Source: Phaeosaccion multiseriatum (Eukaryota; Protista; Ochrophyta, other classes). Taken from it: 64,000 nt of DNA. The translations under genes were made by a program, and so were the position numbers. The notes beneath the pieces were generated by a model, which was given only the letters and a program-made list of their open reading frames with translations, searched no databases and had not been told where the DNA came from. Positions 46,068 to 59,146 of this stretch are shown here, piece after piece (position 1 is the stretch's first letter; each line of letters starts with the position of its first letter). The stretch is from positions 3,224,001-3,288,000 of the forward strand of contig OZ218958.1 in assembly GCA_965112735.1 (NCBI GenBank), in the 5' to 3' direction.

Positions 46068-48912
46068 CTAGAGCTGCTGCCCCGCCACGGCCGCTCGTCT
46101 GCCGCCCTTCCTTCCATTGGCACTGCTGCCGCCCCCGCCGCCCTCGCCCCCTGCTGGTGTACCACCAACTGCTGATGCTGCTGCCAGGGTCGACACCACG
46201 GCGGCTAGGCGGAACTCTTTGGGCTCTTCTCGCAGACAGGAGGGGAGTGTGTAACCGCTAAAGGGCCAGGAGAGGGAGGAGTGGCCACCGTAGGAATGCT
46301 CGAGGGATTCGGGACAGGCGTCTGGCGCCACGAGGAGCTTGTGCCGCCCCTCAAGGTCACCGCGTCGGTAGAGGGCCCCGCCCCACTCCTGAGGTGGTCG
46401 TGAGTGCGTCCGTGTGTGCGTGCGTGTGTGTGTGCATGTGTGTGCGTGCGTGCGTGCGTGCGTGCGGGAAGGGCGGTCAACCAAAGAAGGAGGGAATGGG
46501 AGTCGACAAGCGAAGAGTGAGCCCTCCTCGAACCATGTCGAAGGAAAAGGGCAGGAAGGGAGCACGAAAGACCGAAGAGAGAAAGAAGAAACGCTGCTGC
46601 ATGTTCTGGTGTCAGCCCTTCACCCCGAATCTACAGTACACAGCAGCAGCACACACGCTCTACTCCGTACCTGCATAACCATGGTCCACTCCACAGTGCT
46701 CAACATGATATCGATGAGGGCGTAGGCTATCAAAGAGTCGGGCAGGAAGCTGCCGTACCCGATGATGGCCAAGCCGATTGCAAACTCTCCGACGATGGCA
46801 ACGAGCCGACCATAGAACTTGATAGAGGAAAACCTTTTGAACGAGTGGTCGAGGACGGAGGGAGGAAGGGACGTGCAAGCCAATGGTGAGAGGCGCGCAA
46901 GTCCAGATGATGTTTCTCGTCGGTTGGTATCTCCGTTTCGGAGTGGAGTGGTGGGGAGGACTGGGGGATCTCAACTTTACCCAATGCCATGCATGAAACC
47001 CCCTGGAACTCATTCCGCCATGCAGTCACATGGGCATACCTGTGAGAGGGAGGGGGGGAACTCGCCTCAGCCGTTGCCCCTCCCCATCCCCCCCTTCCCC
47101 CCCACACCACACCACACCACACCACACCCCTCGTTCCATTCCATTTCCCTCCAACGCACGCACTCACCCGCCCTCCGTGATGGCCACGCGTGTCTGCGGC
47201 GAGGACGAGAAGAGCGCGGAGCAAGAATATGCACCCATACAGCACGCATGTATACGGGGGGGGAGGGAGGCGAGGTGAGGGGGGCAGCAAGGCCGTATTG
47301 TGCGGGGGGGGGGTCTTCTTGTGGGAGGGAAAGGGTGGTGGGGAATCAGAGCTGCAGACACGACGAAGGGCAAACCACGCAAGCTGAACCGGGAACCACA
47401 TGAGGTGAGGGAGGCAAGTAGGCCGACTTTGACGATCGGGAGTAGTGCCCCATTTCTGTCTCTCTCTCTCTCTCTCACACACACACCTCGCACTTCAGAT
47501 GCATGGCTCGTCGGACGGCAATGGCGTATCGCCTTTTGCCCTTGGGGCGGAGCTTTGCATCGAAGGAAGAGGAGCCCTCGCCCCACAGCAGCACACCGAC
47601 AGCCTCCAGAATGGCCGATATCACCCCCATCGTCACCGTGAAGACAAGTACGCCGTTCTGCAGGAGGCAAGGGGGGGGCGTGCGTGAGGACATGACACTA
47701 GCTACGAGTCTAATCTTTGACGGGCCCTCTCTCTTCACCTCCCTCTCCATTCCTTTCCCTCCCTCTCCCTCGCTCGCTCTCTCCTCTCTCTCTCTCTCTC
47801 TCTCATGCACATCGCTCCATACCCCGCCGTGTCATGTCAGTCTCTGTCGCCAAGCACACCACCCACCCTTCTCTCTCCTCCTTCCCCACCTGGTCATCGT
47901 CCAAGCCGCACGATTCAAGGGTGAAGTCGTCTCTATACTTGACGCCCGCCGCGTCGATGTAAGTTAAGGAGACGGAGTTGCAAGTACTCGCCTCTGTGAG
48001 TAGGGGCGATCATGTCACACCAAGTCATTAAGGAATCAGTAAGTCATTTAGGATTCCGTAAGCATAGGGCGGAGGGGAGAGGGGAGGGGAAAGGCTCCGG
48101 TTGGGCGTGCGTAGTATGTGTGAGCAATAAATAAGAGACAAGAAGTAGACGTGTTGGGGGGAAGGTGGGGCATTGGCACGCACGCACGCACGCACACACA
48201 AAAGCCCGGCTCAAGTGACGGACACAAGCGGGACCCTCCCTTTGTGGACTTACTGAATTTGTAGGCGGCGTACTGCGAAGAAAGCAACATGGCAGGGAGA
48301 GGGCGAGAGAGGGCGAGAGAGGGAGAGGGGGAGCGAACGGGAGAGAGAGAGGGAATGAGAGAGAGAAGAGAAAGCGAGAGAGAGACAGAGAGAGAGCAAG
48401 AGAGAGAGGGCAAACATCAGCGGGTATTTGCACTTCATCCCCAGGCCCTCTTGCCACAGCCAACCAACAAAAGAGAAGGATGAGGAGCAAACTCCGGGCA
48501 TTGGCCAGGGAGGCGGGATGGAAGAAGAAGACACATACACAACATACAAGCCATAACCAATAATAAGGAACAACGCTATACGTACAATGTTTTGCATGAG
48601 GCCGACGAGGGCCACGATGAGGACGATCCCATGAGCGTCATACACCGCCTGCAACATCCCCCACAAGGTGTCCGCGGTCCGCTTGTTGAGGAAGACGGGG
48701 GCCGCTTGCGCGTACCCCCTCGCCAGCACGGCGTGTGTGAGAAAGGCGAGCAGCAGGAAGAGGCCCAGAAGACCGGTGAAGACGGAGGCACCGTGGGCTC
48801 GAGGGTCGTCTTCATATGCGAAGGTGTCGAGGCCTCCCTCGGAGGAGGTGCTGTAGCCGCTGTAACCTCCTTCGCACTGTGGCCGAGGGAAGGGGAAGGG
48901 GGGAGTGCGAGG

Positions 48913-48977
<65 letters not shown>

Positions 48978-49101
48978 GTGTGTGGGTGCGTGTAGGTGTG
49001 GGTGGGTGTAAGGGAGGTCTCTTTCTCTCTGTTTGCATCGTTCTCTGTCTGTACCTTTCTAGGTCTGTGTCTGTCTCTGCTCCTCTCCCTCCAATACTTG
49101 A

Positions 49102-49136
<35 letters not shown>

Positions 49137-49500
49137 TTCAAAGACACACTGCAGGACACGTACTCACACTTGCAGAGGCCTTCCAAGACGCCCCCATGAC
49201 GAGGATGGGCGTTAAGAGCCCGGCGAGCCACCACAGAGCCTCCTCCATGTAAGTCACATGCTTGCCGTTTCGCCACGCAGCGCCCTTGCCGTTACAGATA
49301 TAGGCTGCCACGGGGAGGCAGGTGAGCAGGATGGAAAAGCCGATGATGATGCCCTGAGAGTAAGGAGGTAATACACGAGGGAGGAGAGGAACGCAGGGGG
49401 TCGGGCAGGGAGGAGAGCGGAGAGTGCGTGAGTAGAGCAGGGCGAGAGGCCGTAGAGTAGAGTAGACCAGGGCAGCACGGGAGAGAGAGTAAGAGAGAGC

Positions 49501-49548
<48 letters not shown>

Positions 49549-50537
49549 AGAAGCGCCCAGTCAACAAGCAACAAGGTTTGCTTCTGCATACAACTTACAA
49601 CACGGTCATCTCTTAACCCTCCACACCGGCCACTAGCTCTCACTCTCTCCCATACTCAAAGCCGGGGACCGTGATAGCAGGCGTGGCCGTGTCCCCGGGC
49701 TGGCTGGTTGGGGTTTGGGCTCTTTCTCTCCCCTCCTTTGTGAGGAGGGAGAGGATAGGTAGGGGAGGACGGCGCTCAGGACTAGACCCCCTCCCCTGCC
49801 CACATGCCTCAGCCCTTCTTCGCACCCTGTCCCAGCGAGAGTGGCGGGGATGGAGTGCCTCCGCTCCTGCCTCCTCCTCTGTCGGCCTATCAATCATCTT
49901 ACCCTTGAGTGGCGATTCTCCTCACACCAGACCCAGCTATCGTACAGGTCCGTAAACTCCGCCAAGACTTCATCCGCCTCCGCGGGTGACTCCACATTTC
50001 TCGTGTAGTTGAGGCCATCGGCGGAGAAGTTCGTGTTGGCCAAGAACCCCGATGAGACGAAGAGACACAAGACGTAGGCAAAGTACACGCCCCAGTGGCA
50101 GTGGAGCCGCATCTCCTCCTTCAAGGCCTTCCTCCGAGGTGCAATGACGCCGTCCATAGCGGTGTAGGCGGACGTGAGGACCGACACGATCATTTTCTCC
50201 GTCTCGCTGATCTGCGGGACGAGGGAGACCGAGGTAATGGAAAGAGCGAAGGCCCCCACGCACAAAAGCAACACCGGCAATAGGGGCATGGATAGAAGAA
50301 CGAGGGTGAGTCGTGCCGTGAGAAATGCGATGCTCTGGGTGGGTTGCTGTCCTGCCTCCATGCCTTACCCTTGCCCCCCTCCCTCGAACTCCCTAACTCT
50401 CTCACATACATTCTTTGTGCCCTCTGGGTCAGTCGTGCTGTCGTGCGCACCCCCTGCTCCTCCTGCTGCTCCTGGTCCTCCTCCTCCTCCTCCTCCTCCT
50501 CCTCCTCTTCCTGGTGGTGGTGGTGGTGGTGCTGCTG

Positions 50538-50576
<39 letters not shown>

Positions 50577-50829
50577 TTGATCCTTTCATCGGCTCAACCT
50601 CTTCTGCTACTGCCACTGCCACTGCCACGGCTGGTGCCGGCGCTGCATCCTCCACAGGAGGTGCGCTTGGCATAAGGGGCCCCACCACATGGATGTCCGC
50701 TTCCCCCCCGACAGCCGCAGCAGCAGCAGAAGGAGGATGAGGGGCAAAATCCGATGGAGCCCTCATGCTGTCATCATAACTCGGAGGTGATGATGAGGAC
50801 GCTGCATTGCGGTCCCGGTCCCCGTCCAT
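46068..50829 (-). CDS. Multi-exon, multi-pass membrane protein of unknown family
   Basis: Hydrophobic exons at about 49905-50361, 49158-49355, 48535-48877, 47890-48050, 47488-47660, 46671-46845 and 46068-46389, with GT-AG borders. An in-frame TAA at 50365-50367 makes the start uncertain (50829 vs 50361). Confidence 0.7.
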
Positions 50830-51217
50830 TGTGGCTGGCAGCCTTGGGCGTGGGTGGTACCGTGATCCCAAAACCGGGCTGGATCAAAGATGCATCGCTC
50901 CCGTGGCCCTCACCATGCTGACCATAGCGCGAAAAAAAAAAAAAGCACAAGGGCAGCAGGGGAGAGGCGCTTTCTCAGTGCGAGGTGAGAAACGAATGGG
51001 GTTGGAGTGAGTGTGAGAGGGAAAAAAAAAAGGGGGAAAAGAAGGAAGAGAAAAAATGTGCAGTGGTATGCATACAGCGATGCATTACGTTGTAATCAAA
51101 CCAACCTCAGCTTCTGCTTCTATCGTCGCGCACAGAAAGAAGAATGGTGTGGGGAAAGAAGAGGGAGCGAGAAATCGCTGATAATCACGGTTTTTGCACC
51201 CCCGCCCGGATCTTACA

Positions 51218-51868
51218 CCCTTAAGTGCCATCTATGGTTGTCTAAAAGTAATGTCTCACCGCCCCGGGGAACTTAGCCCTGGAGGTCGTGTCCCTCTGAC
51301 TCATCAGTTCTCCCCATTGGAACAAAGTTGATACCAGCCAGGATCCTGTGTCGAACCGATCGTTCGTGTCGGGCCCGCTGGAGCGCTACGGCTAATCGTC
51401 GCCGAATGACGCAAACAGCTCTCGCATAAGCCCTCGTGTCAAGCCCCCGGATCTAGCGACCGATTCTGCAAAAATGCAAAAATACGCGGATCACCAACAC
51501 ACTACTTGCCCCCGATGTGTGACGATGCTACAACTGTAATCTCGTCCCTTTTGGGATGGAACAGCAAGGAGCATTTGGCCCTCTGCCCAGGTGTTTATCA
51601 AAACACTCGCCACCCACATGGCTGGGGGGCACGAACATCTGGACATGAGGGCTTATGCGAGGGCTGTTTGCGCTATTCGGCGGCGATTGGCCGTCGCGCT
51701 CCAGCGGGCCCGACACGAACGATCGATTCATAATACATAAGATCCTGGCTGGCATCAACTTTGTGCCGATGGGGAGAATTGACGAGTCGGAGGGATACGA
51801 CCACGAGGGCTAAGTTCCCCGGGGCGGTGAGACATTACTCTTAGACAACCATAGATGGCACTTAAGGG
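51218..51868. mobile_element. Foldback/MITE-like element with imperfect TIRs of about 225 bp
   Basis: CCCTTAAGTGCCATCTATGGTTGTCTAA... at 51218, with its reverse complement ending at 51868. Arms are about 51218-51443 and 51640-51868; no coding capacity. Confidence 0.9.
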
Positions 51869-52207
51869 AAATAATATCACCACGCACGGTGCCACCGGGA
51901 ATCGCTCGGTAGCACGTAAGGGGTCGAAAGTGGAGGATCACCAGCGACCAGAAAAGAAAGAAAACCTTTACAATGATAGTTGGTAGGCTTATATGCGGGA
52001 AAAGATATAAAACTACCATCGACCGTCGACCCCACCTCAGCCGCCTGCAGCCCAAGGCAGGGAGCTCTAAGGCTCTAACGCGCTTCGGCGCGTCTCACTC
52101 AAACTCTTATGAAAACTTGCACGTTGCGCCCAAACGCGGCGTATGTGCCCCCAGCCACTGTTGCCCCTGCCCTCTCCTCTTGTGCTCCCCCAAAGCAGGC
52201 ACTCTAT

Positions 52208-55200
52208 CTACCCGGAGGTGGTGGTGAAGGCCATGAAATCGTTGCGCCAAATAACACCACGATTGACGTACGTGTCCAGCAGCGGGTCAACGAGGGCGTC
52301 CACACTATCCGTCCACTTCATGCCGCCCCCTCCATTGTAGTATGTACCAGCACCCCCTGTGTTGTACATACTCGACGCCTTCCTCACTGCCCCTCCCCCG
52401 CCCCCCGCGCCTCCTCCTGCTCCTCCCAACTGCAGCAGCTGGCGTCCCTCCGCAGACAGCACTGCATTCGCACGCTCCACCACCGCCTTCTCCAACTCGA
52501 CATCCCCCTGCCTGTTCTCAAAAGCCGCATATGCCCCCCAATTGCCCGCATTGTCCGGACTCCTTATCTGCGCCGCAATCTCAAACAAGTGCCTAGCCCG
52601 GGCCAACTCGTTCTGCGTCTCCTCCATCAACGCCCACGCCACCAACACGGGCGTGCTCGACCCGTCCCTCCGGAGGGCCGATTTGAACATCTCCCTTGCC
52701 CTGTCATACTGCCCCTGCTGCGCTTCCATGATGGCCCAGGCCTGCAGAATGTACAGCACTTCCCCGTCGGGATTGGCCCATACACCCTCCTGGAAGATCT
52801 CTCGCGCGGCCTGTCGTTGTCGTGTCGTTTTCGTTTGTATGTTTGTTTGTTTGTTTGTTTGTTGTTGATTGATTGCATGCGGAGCAAGGCAGGGGAGGAG
52901 AGATGGATGTGAAAATAAGGTCATGCCGAAGCAAACACACGACCAAAGCCTCGGACTTGGCTATGACTCGCCTACTCGTGCTGCTGCTGCTGCTCGGGGA
53001 GGGGGTGGCGTCTTTAGCTCCTTCCTGACCTCTTAAGACCCTGTCCATGTATCCACAGCCCTCCGCCTCATCCCAGTCTGACACCACAAACTCGCCTTTC
53101 CTCCTTCCTTCCTCACCTGGACCTTCCCGCGCTGCCACTCGACGATGCCCCAGGCCTGCCAACAGGCAATGTTGTGTCGGCGTTTGTCAATCCCCTGGCG
53201 GAAGAGCGCCACCGCCTTGTCCCACTCGCCCCTCCTCTTAAACAACATCCCATAAGCCTGGTACAAGACCGCGTCCTTGGGCTGCGCCTTGATGCCCAAC
53301 TCAAACAGCTCCGACGCCCTCTGCGCGTTGCCCAGCTTGGCCTCCATCGTAGCCCAACAGTGCAGCGTACGCCCATCCGTCTTCATGATTGAGAGGCCCT
53401 TCTCGAAGAGCAGTCGCGCCGCCGCGTGGTTGCCGTCCTCCCCCTCCAGCTGCCCCCACGACTGAAACACCATCACCCCCCGCGGGTTCCTCTGTGCACA
53501 CTCCTTAAACTTTTGCCGCGCCGCCTCCCAATCCCCTGCCTCCTTCTCCAGCATTGCGCCTGCGTGCAGGGCGTAGTAGTTGGTCTTATCTACATCGGCC
53601 GCCCGCTGAAAGCACACCCTCGCCTTCTCCAGTTGCCACTTCTTCTGATACACCTTGCCCAGGTTCACCCAGCTCGCTGCGTGCTGTGGATGCGCGCGTG
53701 ATGCCGTTACAAACAGCTCCACTGCCCGCTTGAGGTTTCCCTGCTTCATCTCCATGCTGCCCCACCCGTTGAGCAAGAAGGGGTTGTTGCCTGCCTCGCG
53801 AACGCCCTGGCTAAACAGCGCTCGCGCCCTGTCGAAGTTCCGGCAAGCCACCTTTGTGTGTGTGTGTGTGTGTGTGTTTGTAAGAGAGAGTGTGTGTTGT
53901 AGGGTACATAGGACGGAGAGAGGACAGCACGCGGTCGTGTAAGAGGAGCCAGTGCTGGTGGTGTCGCTGCTGCTACTGCTGTGCCATATACTCTGCGCAT
54001 GCTTTCCTCGGCAGGCCCATCAACACCCCCCCACCTTCCTTCGAAAAGGAAGGAATGGGCCCCACTCCTTCCTGCTTCCCCCTGTCAACGCTCACCTGCT
54101 CCTTCGCCAGCCCCATCCACCCCCTCCCGTCCGTGGGGTCCGCCTTCACACAGCGTAAGTACAGCGCCCGCCCCTCTTCGTACAGATACTTGGACATGCA
54201 GCGCTTGGCGTGGTAGCTCCAGAGGTCGAGATTGATGGGCAACACCTTGTGGGGCTCTTGACCTAGCGCAGGGTCTGGGGGTTTCTCCGGCTGGATGCCG
54301 CTGTACCAAGGGCCCGCGCCCTTGTCCTGCTCCTTGGTAGACGCCCTTCCGTAGTCAAAGCCCTTGCCTTGGACTCCGCTGCTGGTGGAGCGGCCCTTCA
54401 TATTCCTATCACTATTGGGATCGCTAAAACTGTTACTCCTACTACTGCTGCTACTACTGCTACTAGTACTGTTGCTGCTGCTGCTGCTACTGCTACTGCT
54501 ACTGCTGCCACTCGAGTCGTTTGCCTGCATTGTCTCAGCGGCCGGGTCAGTTCCAGTGCTGCCCAGGCCACTGCCCATGGCTTTCCCTCCACTGCCCATA
54601 CCTTTCCCTCCACTGCTGCTGCTACTAGTACTGCTGCTACCACTGGTATCACCATCGTACAGCATGGAGCGCAGCATCGCGGAGCCCTCGGGCCCCGGAA
54701 TTCGCACGTCATACTCTGCGATGAGCTCCTCCTCCACCTGACAGGGGCACGGGGGGCGGGAAGGGAGGTGTACCGTTTACAAACGCGTACAATCATGTGA
54801 AACCCGTCGCCCGCAAGACACTAGAGAAGCAAAGCACACACACACACACAACACAACGGCCCGCACCTTCTTGGAGAGATCCTGCGTGGAACTGGTCTGC
54901 CGCAGCTTCATGTAGCGCTCCATCTCGTCCGCCTCCAGGATGGTGGTGGTCACCTGCAGAGCCTTTTGCACGTCCCTCTGCGCCCTCTGCGCCCGGTCTC
55001 TCTGCTCATCCTCGAACACCGGCTTGCGCTTGTGCGCGTATCTGTTGAAGGAGCGCCGGTCCTCCACTGGCGTGCGGGTGCGCTTGTTGCTCTTTTTTGT
55101 TCTATTCTTCCCCCCTTCTTTGCTACTTTTACTATCATTGTCGCCGCCGCCGGCGTGGCTACTGCTGCTGCTGCTGCTAGTGGGCTGCGGCACTGGGAGC

Positions 55201-55336
55201 TGTCCATCTTCCTCCAGCAGACGCATCATGCCCTTCTTCGCCATCAATAGCATCGAGGAGGCCGCACCAGCCCCCCCCCGCGCGTCGCCACCTGCGCCCG
55301 AGGTCAAGCTTGGACACCCCCTACCCCGAGAAGTGC

Positions 55337-55372
<36 letters not shown>

Positions 55373-55730
55373 CAGCTCTGTAAGAGACGCTTCTAGTGTT
55401 CGATGACGGAGGTACAAGGAAGGCATCCGCTGCACCCTTTCCCCCAGGTCCGTATGCAGAAGATGCCAAGAGTACGCAAATTGTTAGCGGAGTGAGGGCT
55501 CCTCCTCGCCCTCGTTGCCTGCGTCCCCAGAGGGGTTGTTGCCCTCGAAACCTTGGACTGACTATTGCTGCTTCTGATGGAGGGAATGTGCTCCCCCCTC
55601 CCTCCGTCCTCCCCTCTTCCACCGGCACGGCATGTGACGCTGGTGAGCGACCTTCTTTGTCCGCTCTTCTCGGCGGCTGCGGCTGAAGTTGCGACGGCGC
55701 TCCTCCAGCCTCGTTCCGCCGGCGCTTCAT
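52208..55730 (-). CDS. HCF107: HAT/TPR-repeat plastid mRNA maturation factor, HCF107/Mbb1-like
   Basis: LPINLDLWSYHAK...LRCVKADPTDGRGWMGLAK, followed by about 10 HAT repeats (NPFLLNGWGSMEMKQGN..A.ELF, WGQLE, QAWGIVE, QAWAIME). There is a hydrophobic stretch plus ADA-FLV in the N-terminal region. Confidence 0.85.
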
Positions 55731-56264
55731 AAGGGAACAAGGCCACCTACAAGGCCAGCAGAGGGGCCAGACAGGAGAGCAATCACGCCCCACTTCTCTC
55801 TATTGCAATCACAACACCATGACAACACGTCGTGTGCATGAAGAGGCCCCTCTCCACCCCGGGGTTCATTGACTTATACCCTTTGTCGAGCGGATCGAAA
55901 TCGATTCGGCATCAACAAATCACATCCCCCCTCAGCCCTTCTCTCTTTCATCAGCAAGAGAAGGTAGTTGCAGGGCAAAGGCACGCCTTCAGCAGTAGCA
56001 AGAAGAGAAACAGCGGCAGCAGAAGAAACAGCACAAGCGGGTGGGTGACAGGTTCGGAGAGTCGGGACAAGAGGCCGTTGAGAATAAAGTGAAGGAGGAT
56101 CAAGGAGGCGGGCTGCAAAGAGGAAGCTCAACAGAACGCGCAGAGTAGCTGTCAGAAAGACGCTGTATACAGAGCTCTCTAACCACGCACTCTGCCCTGC
56201 TTGCCCTTTCTCCCGCCACTCGCTGCTCAAGGCAGGGTTGATCGTTCGCTCTCACCACACCACA

Positions 56265-58296
56265 ATGATGCTCCAGGGAGACCTCCTCAACCAGCCAGGG
56301 AGCGAGGGCTACTGCGGGGTTGGAGAGGCGGGTACCAGCTCCAAGTACAGATGTGGAACGGTGAGCAGGAGCAGCAGCCTCAATAGCAACAGCAGCGCTT
56401 CCACGGAGGTCGCCGGGTATACCACTTCTTGCTGCCCGATGGAGAGAAACGGGATCATCAAACTGAACGTCGGGTACGTTCTACCGCACCTTCCTTCCTA
56501 TGTGTGCTGGACTGCTGCGTCTGCACATTGCCTCAGTTCTGCGCGAAGTGCCAACTCTCCCTCCTCTTCCACCCCTCACTTGCCCCATGTTTCCTTTTCT
56601 CTCTCCCCCGACCTCACACCCAAACCGCACTGAACTCAACTACGACGACCGCCATCAGAGGGAAGAAGTTCCTCACTTCCAAGCACACCATTCTGGGCTC
56701 CAATAGCATGCTCGCACGCATGTTCGACGAGGACAATGCCGCATTTTCACGAGTGGTCGACGCAGAAGGGTGAGGGAAGAGGCAGTGGTTCCGTCTCATC
56801 ACGCCGGAGGAACGTGCTATGGCACGAGGCTCATACACTACGCTTGCAATCTGCCGCCTTCATCTCTTCCCTTGTCATCATTCTCATCCCCCCCCCCCCC
56901 CCCTCCCCCTTCCTTTTGCCTCGCGCACGCACACCCACGCACTCGTCCGCACCACTGCAGATACGCCTTCATTGACAGGGACGGCGAGAGATTTGGCCAC
57001 ATCCTCAACTTCCTCAGATGCCACAGGTCAGTCCTTCTTCCCTACCAGGCATGGTGCTTACCCCGAAAAACGAGGGAGTGGGAGTGGGCGTTTGTAGCGG
57101 CGTTGGCTGATGTACATCCGAACCTTTCTGACCACCTCCCCTCCTCTATCCTCTCTATTCGCCTCTCCAGTCTGCCCTCCTTCGACTGCTCATGGCGGTA
57201 CGAGGAAGTGCTCGAGGTGAGTGCTAGACCACCCCAGCCGCGGAGACCGTGGTAGAAAGCCCCCTTGTTGGTCTTGCTCCTGGCGTGTGGGGTGGGATCA
57301 ATGCTCCTCGTGTGGTGCGGGGCAGAGCCTCCACCATGGCTTGAACAGACACACTACCGTGGTGGAAAAGAGGACCAGACCTTTGCCTCCTCCCCCCCCC
57401 CCCGCCCCTTCCATCCTCTCCCCGTGAGTCTAATTCAATCCGAACCCCTCCTCCGGCACCCTCTCACCTCCCTCCCTCCCCTGCGGTGTGGAGCAGGAGG
57501 CGGACTTCTTTGCCATTGAGGAGCTTGCAGAGGTGAGCATGGAGGAGGAGGGAGGGGGTGGGGGAGGAGGAGCGGCAGCAGCAGCAGCAGCAGGAGGAGG
57601 AGGAGGAGGAGGAAGAGGAGAAGACACACGAGACGTGACCTCGGGGCTTGGCTTGGTTTGACGTACCTCCACAACCGCGTGCGGTGGCTGCTGTATCGGC
57701 TGTATCCGCCGAGTCCTTCGGCAGAGGTCCTTTCGAGTCCGTGAGCTGAACTGCGCTTCCTTTCCTTCCCTCGTTTCCTCTTCTATTGCTGTTCCTGGAC
57801 CTGCTCGGAGCAGCATTGCCAGGAGAAGATTCGCGCGATTGAAGCCGCCAAGGAGAGGGAGGAGAGCATACACAAGGTTAGACAGAAGAAATGCACCATG
57901 CGTGTGTATGTATGTGTGTGTCGCCGCCTTGGCTTAGGGGGGGTATAGGGCTGTAATGCTGAAAGAAGGCTTCTTCAGCGACTGCCAAGGCTCTGTTGTG
58001 ACCCTTGCCCCCTGCTTCTCTCCAACTGGCGACAGTCGTACAACAACTGCAACTACCGTCTCGTGGAGCCCCTGGCGAGCGGCAAGGGCGGGGTGCAGGA
58101 AGCAGGGACAGGGGGGGGAGGAGCAGGAGCAGGAGCAGGGCTAGCGGGAGTGGCAGGCGGCGGGGGTGGTGGGCAAGGAGGGGCAGCAGCCGCAGTAGCA
58201 GCAGAAGACGGGGCAGGAGATGACGGCTTGTCGCTTGAGCAGCGATCCCTGGCGGCACAGAGCACCTTCACCTTTACGCTTGACGAGGACTTTTAG
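56265..58296 (+). CDS. KCTD-type BTB/POZ domain protein, multi-exon
   Basis: Spliced IIKLNVG|GKKFLTSKHTI..SMLARMF...|YAFIDRDGERFGHILNFLR|...VLE|EADFFAIEEL. The last exon is less certain. Confidence 0.85.
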
Positions 58297-59146
58297 ACGT
58301 CAAGGCACGCAGAGGTGTGTCTTTAGAGGAGCACGGGGAAGGGGCGGTGTTGGGTGCCATCTATCCTCGTCCCGACACCCAGCACTCCGCTCCCTGTCCA
58401 GGAGACGAGGGTCGGGGCGCGAAGCACACTCCACTCCTACTCCTTCCGGGGGTTGGGACAGGCCAGCAGTCCACACAGGCCAGCAGTCCCCCTCTCCTTC
58501 GCAGCGATTGAGGCGGCCAGGAAGGGAAGAGGGGAGCGTCACTGTCGAACTGACTCTGTGCGTGACGAGATTATTGCGTGACCAGGGACGAGCGGCCAAG
58601 GCGTGGAGAGAAGAAGAGCGACACATGTAGAGGCACACGGGGGACGGTTTCCTCCAAGCCGGCGGGGCCCTTCGCTCCCTTCCCTGGTGCACGGGGGCTT
58701 GAGAGAGTCCTTTGGAATGTTCACACTGATGGGCACGGGGGAGACCCCAGCTCACGAATGGTACATCATTTAGGCTCATGACAGACTCATGACAGACCCG
58801 AGCTCACGAATTGTACATCATTTAGGCTCAATGATATTCATGAATTACAAGAGCTTCGCACAAGCGCTGCCTGACAATCCCTCCTGCCCCAACTTTCCGA
58901 CTGCGCTCACGCGAAGGCACGGCTCATCAGCATCAGGGCTCTCCTGCCGCTCTCTCCCCTTCCCCTCCTCCTCCCCCAGGGCAAAGCCAACCTCCTAACA
59001 GCCTCACTCTCCGGACGGGCACGTGCTGAGCAAAGCCTCGACCTCTCCCTTGGTCTCGACTCACCTCCTGCTGCTGCTCAGCTACTGCTCCTCCTCCTCC
59101 TCCTCCTCCTCCTCCACCACCACCGCCACTGCCGCGGCCGTGGGTA

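Larger units (their letters stand above)
24987..47000. repeat. Tandem segmental duplication, copy 2 (interrupted by the 17.5-kb LTR nest at 25440-42919)
   Basis: 24987-25439 plus 42924-47000 match copy 1 with few SNPs, indels and microsatellite length changes. Confidence 0.95.
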
